A program made the translations under genes and the position numbers. The notes beneath the pieces were generated by a model that saw only the letters and a program-made list of their open reading frames with translations, did not search any database and was not told the origin of the DNA. Source: a virus. From it: a stretch of 64,000 bases of DNA. Location of the stretch: the IMG/VR virus record IMGVR_UViG_3300046321_000098, positions 1 through 64,000 of that record, one strand, 5' to 3'. Of the stretch, positions 57,410 to 64,000 are shown piece after piece; positions within the stretch are counted from its first letter, which is position 1, and each line of letters starts with the position of its first letter.

Positions 57410-57754
57410 ATGTCTAAAGTTAAATTAAAGTGGCATGTCCAATCTGCACCCACAGGGCGTTACCGTAGTTTTGAATCTAGGGGATTTCCTAGTGCAGACT
57501 ATGCTAATCTTCCAAAAGCACTAGCTGCTGTTAGTTTGTCATGTAAAGACGAGTATATCCCCTCAGATGTCAAAATTGGTAAACACTCTGAAATTACAAT
57601 TCATATCGCCTTTTGGCATGAAGACAAGAAAGGTTTTGATTGGAAGCAGTTGAAATCTAAAGCTAAAACTTTAAAAGAGGCGAAAGAGATTGCAGAAGAT
57701 TTTATTAACACATATCCACAGGTTCAACCTAAAGAACATCATTGGAATTATTAA
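57410..57754 (+). CDS. Hypothetical protein
   Basis: PTGRYRSFE.RG.P motif; AAGGAG RBS. Confidence 0.7.
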   Translation: MSKVKLKWHVQSAPTGRYRSFESRGFPSADYANLPKALAAVSLSCKDEYIPSDVKIGKHSEITIHIAFWHEDKKGFDWKQLKSKAKTLKEAKEIAEDFINTYPQVQPKEHHWNY

Positions 57755-58310
57755 AGGAGAATAATTATGGTTACAATTAGTACAGTAGAAATCTTTGCTG
57801 CACTTGGTGCTGTAGCATTAGGCGGTATAATGGGTGGATTGTGTGGGACAATGGTGTTTAAATTATTTAATAAGTAAGGGGAAACTAAATGACTGAATCA
57901 CAAAAGGCTTTTAAAAGATGGTTTGATGCTAACTATGCAGTGTACTATGGTCAACAAGCACCAATAGCTGTCAAGGCGGCATGGCTGGCAGCCGAAGCCT
58001 ACTGGCATGGGCAAGAGCAAAAGGAACTAGAGTCCAAGGAAATAGTTAGCGCACAGTTAAGAGAAAAACAAGAGCGACTACTAGATGCTGTAGTTGATGA
58101 AGCACGTTATCAATAAGGAGTTAAGTAAATGAACAAAGAATACAAACCAGTGAACATCAGCTACCGTGAGCATTTCAAACTTCATGGTTATTTGTCCCTG
58201 ACAATGATTGAAGAGCTTCTTGACAAGGTTGACGAGCTTGAGGGGCGGGTTTCCACGGCAGAGCATGATGCTGAAGAATCTCACAACGAAATGGTTTACT
58301 GGAGGGAGCA

Positions 58311-58805
58311 ATGCGAAAATATGGATTAACCCTTGCTGTGTTGTTAGTTCCTTTCGTTGCAATAGCACAACCCTCTGAGCTTGACTGTCTCACAACTAAT
58401 GTCTTCTTTGAAGCGAGAGGTGAATCTAAGCGCGGTATGCAAGCAGTGGCTGATGTTACACTGAACAGGGTGAAGCACTCAGCTTTCAAGGCTCAAGATA
58501 CAGTGTGTAAGGTAGTGTTTGCACCGTATCAATTTAGCTGGGTGAGTCAGCAACCTAAGAAGCGCATCCAGAAGCTTTTAAACAGGGATTTAAGCGATTT
58601 AAAGGACAAGGACTTAGCTGCATATCAAAAAGCACAAGAAGTTGCTGTAAAGGTTTTAAATGAAGGGTACAAACCTTTGCTACCCTCTTGGGTGATTTCA
58701 TTTCATTCTGTTGGTATTACACCACAATGGGTAAATAGTATGAGAAAATACAGTACAATAGGTGGGCATGTGTTTTACGGTTTTAAACGAAAGGGAATGA
58801 AATGA
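58311..58805 (+). CDS. Cell wall hydrolase (SleB/Hydrolase_2) with signal peptide
   Basis: CL..NVFFEARGE...AVA.V.LNR...C.VV...QFSW...IGGHVFY. Confidence 0.9.
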   Translation: MRKYGLTLAVLLVPFVAIAQPSELDCLTTNVFFEARGESKRGMQAVADVTLNRVKHSAFKAQDTVCKVVFAPYQFSWVSQQPKKRIQKLLNRDLSDLKDKDLAAYQKAQEVAVKVLNEGYKPLLPSWVISFHSVGITPQWVNSMRKYSTIGGHVFYGFKRKGMK

Positions 58806-59306
58806 ATCTACAAGAGTTTAAGGAAGAATACAGCGGAGCGCCAATTAATGTGGTTGAACTTGCTTGTTCAATAATAGACCACTTAGATTTAGATGGAGAT
58901 ATAACTCACGACCTTTATCACAGTGCCTCAAGTTTTATAAGTGCATATAACACCTTCACCCGTACTTTGTTTGATGCTAATATTGAGTTAGGTTAACTAT
59001 GAAACTAACAAAACAACTCTTACTGTCCTGCATCCTAGGTCTAACACTAGGTGCTACATCAGGGCTTGCCAAAGCAGAACCAAACACCAAGGACTTTAAC
59101 CCAGAACCGTTTAAGGTAGTCTGTGTCAAAAACTCCCTGTATCTGGTCTGGGAACATCGTGATCTGGTTGTGCAAATCAAGGGTATATTCTGCAGCAATA
59201 CAGAAGACCTTGTTAAGTTACCAAAAGTTACAAATATTTTGTAGAGATTTCATAAATAACTCAAAATCCATGTACACTCCAAGCATCTAAACAAAAGGAG
59301 GAGTCA

Positions 59307-59600
59307 ATGTCAAACAAGATTAAAATCCAAATTCTTGAGTATGTCCTTGAGAACTTATGGGATGGAGTAGGTGATTACCGCTCAATGTATATTTGTAATC
59401 TAATTGAAAATGCAGATATTGATACAAGGGTACAAGACAAGTTCCGAGATATTATAGCTGAAAGATTGGACTATGCATTTTGCCTGAAAGTTTGGCTGCA
59501 TTCAAACGGTGTTCCATTGATGGACTTAACACCTAAAAATGTTCAAGCACATCGCAGGGCTTGGGTTAAGTTATTGATTAAAGAATTTGGAGGGAAATGA
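59307..59600 (+). CDS. Hypothetical protein, paralog A
   Basis: LWDG..MYIC...VQ.HR..W. Confidence 0.7.
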   Translation: MSNKIKIQILEYVLENLWDGVGDYRSMYICNLIENADIDTRVQDKFRDIIAERLDYAFCLKVWLHSNGVPLMDLTPKNVQAHRRAWVKLLIKEFGGK

Positions 59601-59601
59601 A

Positions 59602-60033
59602 ATGTCAAAGTTATCAAAAGTATTTAGAGATGCTAATAAGTTAGTGTGGGATGGTGGTTGTACTTATACTGATGCACATGAGAATGGTTTTAAAATGTAC
59701 ATTTGTCACAGCATTGAAAAAGTAATCCAAGGGGCTTTGCAAACTAAGGCTAAAACTATTATTCTTTCTCGGTTAGGTGTTAATAACAATGGGGAGTGCC
59801 ACACTGTCGTTAGTTATCTACGTGAGGTGCTAGGAATTTCTTATGAGGACACAACAGATGGTTTTAGAGTACAAAAATACCGTAAAGATTGGTTAACTGC
59901 ACTAGAGCAAGAGTTCAAAGAAATTGAAAATAAGTTCCCGAAAGGAGTGCATCATATTGATGGTAATAAAAATAATTGGGATATGAGTAACCTCGTGAAG
60001 CTAAGAAAACCCAATAATTTTAGCGGATTTTAG
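59602..60033 (+). CDS. Hypothetical protein, paralog B with HNH-like tail
   Basis: VWDG..MYIC...VQ.YR..W then VHHIDGNKNNWDMSNL. Confidence 0.7.
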   Translation: MSKLSKVFRDANKLVWDGGCTYTDAHENGFKMYICHSIEKVIQGALQTKAKTIILSRLGVNNNGECHTVVSYLREVLGISYEDTTDGFRVQKYRKDWLTALEQEFKEIENKFPKGVHHIDGNKNNWDMSNLVKLRKPNNFSGF

Positions 60034-60106
60034 GAGTTATCAGGATTTTATGGTAGAATTGTAAGACTCAATCAGGAGTTAAGTTTTTAACAAAAAGGAG
60101 TGAATT

Positions 60107-60289
60107 ATGGGTAAAATTATCGCAGGGCTTTTATTATACATTACAATTATTATTGGAGGAATCTATGGGTGGATTATGAACATTGTTCAATTAGTTCAGA
60201 ATGATATTGTCTGGACTTCTGGTATGTCAATTGGACGTATCATTGGTATTTTTGTTGCACCTCTTGGTGCTGTGTTGGGTTATTTCTAA
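60107..60289 (+). CDS. Small membrane protein
   Basis: GWIMNI...RIIGIFVAPLGAVLGY. Confidence 0.75.
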   Translation: MGKIIAGLLLYITIIIGGIYGWIMNIVQLVQNDIVWTSGMSIGRIIGIFVAPLGAVLGYF

Positions 60290-60299
60290 AGGAGACTAT

Positions 60300-60812
60300 A
60301 TGAAAAAAGTATTTAAAGGTCTAGCTGTAGTTTTGTTTGCAATGGCTATTACAGCTTGTGGTGATAAACCAACAGTGGAGAGTGTCATGCGTGACGGCGG
60401 AGCAGTGCATAAGGAAAACTCATTTTCGTTTGTAACAGTAGAGGAGCAGCGTAACCAAGGTCGTGCTAATGCCTCTGCAAGCGCAGCGGAATATCAACGT
60501 CAAAACCCTCGTCTACAAGGATGGGACACTATCATCAAAGCGGATACAATGCACAGTAGCACCTGCCCTCAAGGTGATGGTTGGGCAGAGGTTGTATTTA
60601 TGCGAACTGAACGAGAAGAGGGTAAGACAAAGAATCTCCAGATTGAAAAGGCAACAACAATGTGCAGTACAGTCTCAACAGCACAAGGGTGTGTGATGGT
60701 TAGTCCAGTAGATAATTGGTCAAAACATCCAGCTAAAGGCAAGGATGGCGCTTGCCAGAGTACACTTGAAGTCCCATTTCCGCTGCCAAAAGTAGCAGGA
60801 GCTAAGTCTTGA
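60300..60812 (+). CDS. Lipoprotein
   Basis: MKK-hydrophobic-ITAC lipobox; four further Cys. Confidence 0.75.
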   Translation: MKKVFKGLAVVLFAMAITACGDKPTVESVMRDGGAVHKENSFSFVTVEEQRNQGRANASASAAEYQRQNPRLQGWDTIIKADTMHSSTCPQGDGWAEVVFMRTEREEGKTKNLQIEKATTMCSTVSTAQGCVMVSPVDNWSKHPAKGKDGACQSTLEVPFPLPKVAGAKS

Positions 60813-61525
60813 ACACAATTGGATTATTTGCTGGACGTGGTGATGTCATCCTTTCAATGATGATTGCATTTTCAGGTGGAGCATGGGTTGGCTACAAGTT
60901 GAATGATTTTGTAGCTTGGGTGAAGTTTAAATGCAACAAAAAGGAGAAAGTATGATTTTGAATAATTCAGGCGTAAGCCAATTGGTACTAGGGCTAATGG
61001 CTAAGGTGATTTCACCTTTTGCAAGTAAAGAACCAAAGACGTATAACAACCGTAATATGTTAACTAGCTCAGATGAAGTGATTACAGCGCATAATAGCTC
61101 TGTTGAGACTCGTCAAGTAAAGCGAAGTACAGAACGCTTAAACAAGAAATTGGGTAAGTAATCTTTCTGAGGTGTTTTCGTAAGAGGGCATCTTGGAAAG
61201 AAAATTTGAAAATCTTGTAGCTATTTTGTAAAGATTTCAGAAATTTTACAGGATTTTTGGTGACATTCTGAAAATTATGTGGATAATTTATAGGTATTTT
61301 GAATAATTTAGGAGATTTTATGGAAAACACTGGAGACTTAGTTTATCGCCTAAGAGAACGTGCTAGAATACGTAGGCAGATACCGACAAAGAGGAGTGTA
61401 TTACTTGGTGAAACTGATAGACTTGCTGACCTACTTGAAGAAGCTGCTTATGAGATCGAGAGAATACGTTTCATTGAGAAACAGGTAACTCTTATGGAAC
61501 ATTTAGAATTTGAAAGGAGTAATTA

Positions 61526-61843
61526 ATGGATATCTATAGTATTGGTGAAGAGAAATGCATTGACGGCGTTTGGGGGCGTGAAGTGAATGGGAGGTTTTAC
61601 GATTGGGTATCTCAAAATGACGGAGAGGGTTTATACCGTAAATTAGATATTGATAGTTTGTTTTATCAGCCCTATGCTGCTTATGATGCTAAGGTTAGCC
61701 TTAACGGAGAGACTGTGTACGTGCAAAGTAAAGAGTATTTAAAAGCATACACACCTAAACATATCAAAGACCTTGAGAACCTAAAGCGTGGCGATATTGT
61801 TTGGGTTATAACCGGTGGTGCTTGGTCAGTAATGACATTCTGA
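61526..61843 (+). CDS. Hypothetical protein
   Basis: AAGGAG RBS. Confidence 0.6.
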   Translation: MDIYSIGEEKCIDGVWGREVNGRFYDWVSQNDGEGLYRKLDIDSLFYQPYAAYDAKVSLNGETVYVQSKEYLKAYTPKHIKDLENLKRGDIVWVITGGAWSVMTF

Positions 61844-61973
61844 GGATACGGATATAGTAAAGGTACTTTCTAATGCGTAGATAAGTTCAGTTTTTCAGGT
61901 CTTGTTCACCTAAATAATGTATTGGAAGTGAAGGAAGTGCATATTAAACGTCCCTTTAACATCTAACCTCTAA

Positions 61974-62048
61974 ACGCCTATAGCTCAATGGACAGAGCCT
62001 CAACCTTCTAAGTTGATTATCCAAGTTCGATTCTTGGTAGGTGTACCA
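61974..62048 (+). tRNA. tRNA-Arg(TCT)
   Basis: Full cloverleaf; TCAAC-CT-TCT-AA-GTTGA; encoded CCA. Confidence 0.93.
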
Positions 62049-62182
62049 GAATTAATAACCCAAGGAATGCTTACAAAGCTCTCCAAGAGATTTTATAAAC
62101 CCCCAGTAAGGCTAACCCCTTCTGGGGTTAATTTTCGTCTGTAAGCCTTAGCTACGCAGTAGTGGGTGTTAAGTAGGATTCG

Positions 62183-62322
62183 ATTTAAAAAGTCGTATCG
62201 GAGTAAATGGTTTTGATTTGAAAAGCCGTGGGTGGTGCAATGGTTCAAAGCGAAAAAGCCGCTACGGGTCTTATGGATAGAGTTTGTTTTCTTTCAAAGA
62301 TATTCAATTTGGAAAGCCGTGG
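62183..62322. repeat. Four imperfect ATTTnAAAAGCCGT repeats
   Basis: Copies at 62183, 62216, 62249, 62307. Confidence 0.6.
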
Positions 62323-62462
62323 AGGGGTTTAAGGCTACAGCAGTGGGTACTGCAGCAAAGGTTACAATTTGTAGCAGTTGTAAGGTTTGTAACAAATTGT
62401 TTCAAAGTGTAAGTAAGGTTACTTTAAGGCTATGTTGTGACTGGTTAGTAAGTTATAGGTGT

Positions 62463-62485
62463 AAAAAAGCCCGCTAATGCGGGCT
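62463..62485 (-). terminator. Intrinsic terminator on minus strand
   Basis: GCCCGC-loop-GCGGGC with T6 on minus strand, downstream of the two minus-strand ORFs. Confidence 0.75.
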
Positions 62486-62538
62486 AATTAGGCAGCTTAA
62501 AAACTCTAAGGTTTAACTAATTAAATACATTTTAAGCC

Positions 62539-62694
62539 TTAATTAATCAAAGTAGCTGAAATCGAGTGTATCCATTTGTTACCCTCTAAGAATAAAAGAG
62601 AACCGTTGGAACTGACACGGAGGATTTTACCCGTTTTTAATTCGCCATATGAAATATATTGCACAGTATCCCCTATTTGAAATAATGCCCTCAT
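62539..62694 (-). CDS. Small hypothetical protein (51 aa, SH3/KOW-like)
   Basis: MRALFQIGDTVQYISYGELKTGKILRV...; ATGA-coupled to upstream ORF. Confidence 0.55.
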   Translation of the reverse strand: MRALFQIGDTVQYISYGELKTGKILRVSSNGSLLFLEGNKWIHSISATLIN

Positions 62695-62846
62695 TTTTCA
62701 GTTAATCCTAGACATCTGGCTAATTGGGTTAATGTAGTATTAATCGTTTCACAATTTTTGAACTGTATTTGTACACTATCAGAGTGGACATTTGTTGTAT
62801 TGACTGTTTCAGCATCTGCAAAATATTGAGTATTAGTTTGCCCCAT
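62691..62846 (-). CDS. Small hypothetical protein (51 aa)
   Basis: AGGGGGG RBS; TG-TATAAT on minus strand near 62915-62923. Confidence 0.5.
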   Translation of the reverse strand: MGQTNTQYFADAETVNTTNVHSDSVQIQFKNCETINTTLTQLARCLGLTEK

Positions 62847-63090
62847 AATGATCCCCCCTATGCCTGTAATGTGCTAATCAACTACTGACTAGCTTTCAAT
62901 ATTACATAAGTAAGATTATACACATAAAGCAAGTAATGCAATAAAATAATTATTTGAATTGTAACAATCTGTAATGATTGTAGCATAAAACCAACACGTC
63001 AAAACGGCTTACAATGTGTTATTTTAGAGATTTAATACTAGGGTAGCCAAACTTAGAATAATCGCTCTAAGGACTTATAAATTGAATAGC

Positions 63091-63391
63091 TGTAACAAAG
63101 TACTTTAATTTGTAACTATTTGTAATATTACTTGACACCTTAGAATTTATGTGCTAGTCGGTTACTTATTGTTACAACTTATTTATTGACAAACTGCAGA
63201 TAATGTACTAATAAAATATATTACAAACAGTTACACCTGAAACCATTGACAACCCTTTGATTTTATGCTAGCAAGTCTATTACATTTAGTAACAATATTA
63301 ATTTGACAGTATTAAAATTTTGTGCTGCAGCTCTGATATATGTTCTAATTGCCTAGCATAAAATACAATTTTAGGTGTAACAAGGTGTAAT
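63091..63391. repeat. Array of TTGACA pseudo-promoters and 10-bp-phased TGTAAC/GTTACA pairs
   Basis: TTGACA at 63132, 63186, 63246, 63303, each preceded by a box pair. Confidence 0.7.
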
Positions 63392-63625
63392 AATTCGTTG
63401 TTTATTAGAGACAAAACGCACAGAATCGCTCAGATAAATTTTTTGATACTAGGACAGCTTGAACGTCAAATAATCTGTTTAAATCGCCCTATTCCATAAT
63501 CTGTAACATTAGACAGCTAATTTGTAACAATTCAATGTATTACCTTGATTAATGAAATATTAACGTATTTAAGAACATAATTTGGTTGTGCCTGATTTTA
63601 AGCACTAACTTATAAAGGTTTAAAA

Positions 63626-63802
63626 ATGTTTACTTATATTGCATTGTATCGTGGCAAACAAATTGAGCACACGGCAGCAACGTCTTACGCTGCACAATTA
63701 GTCGCGGTTAAACAATTTAAAGCGAAAAAATCTTATGAAGTAGATGTTTATTTAGTAGCAAAGCCAAACAGTGAAACTGTAACGCAAGTTATTACTAATT
63801 AA
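63626..63802 (+). CDS. Small early protein (58 aa)
   Basis: AAGGT RBS; YIALYRGKQIE..A.TSY.AQ..A...FKAKKSY. Confidence 0.65.
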   Translation: MFTYIALYRGKQIEHTAATSYAAQLVAVKQFKAKKSYEVDVYLVAKPNSETVTQVITN

Positions 63803-64000
63803 TTGTAAAACATTGTAACGGTCAACAAAAATAGCCAATTTACAGATACAATCTAAACATCAACAAAACGGGAAACTAATATGCACAATCGTTCAGAGTT
63901 TACAGCAAGTCAACAATTGCAAGCTACAATCAAGCATCATAATTTCAAGGTGTCAAAAAATGAAACTAAGCCGTCAATTGTAGCATGGTTCATTTTGATT

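Noticed and set aside
14377-61966. Stop-codon reassignment to explain interrupted ORFs
   Set aside because: TAA, TAG and TGA all end core genes normally, and the interruptions use mixed stops and frameshifts
62232-62477. 81-aa ORF from the ORF track
   Set aside because: Overlaps repeat motifs, GTG start without clear RBS; region looks non-coding
63091-63391. CRISPR array
   Set aside because: Unit length is similar but only hexamers are conserved; no 25-40 nt repeat and no cas genes
1-64000. Prophage or temperate lifestyle
   Set aside because: No integrase, repressor or host genes in the window; the rest of the genome is not visible

Overview
A 64-kb segment of a lytic dsDNA tailed phage (Caudoviricetes) with a siphovirus-type tail and a Gram-negative host (spanins present). 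Nearly all genes are on the + strand. Gene order: terminase (5'-partial), portal, a 5.6-kb block of unusual beta-rich proteins, head genes, tail genes with a G/GT frameshift and a 1884-aa tape measure, lysis cassette, replication genes (T7-like primase-helicase, intein-containing PolA, exonuclease, endonuclease VII), nucleotide metabolism genes (ThyX, NrdAB, dCMP deaminase, NTP hydrolases), many small early genes, one tRNA-Arg, one tRNA-like RNA, and an AT-rich regulatory region probably near the genome end. Six free-standing homing endonuclease genes and one intein are present. Most notable observations: (1) three-way-junction RNA leaders before the three endonucleases of the structural region, whose loops pair with the downstream ribosome-binding region and covary with it; (2) a tRNA-like RNA with a 43-nt structured insertion in the anticodon loop; (3) an HNH cassette that splits a DUF551-type gene and fuses in frame to its 3' half; (4) an array of promoters with perfect -35 but broken -10 boxes interleaved with 10-bp-phased TGTAAC boxes that also occur in promoters across the window; (5) several accessory genes with inactivating lesions. 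All functional calls come from motif recognition by eye; no database search was run.
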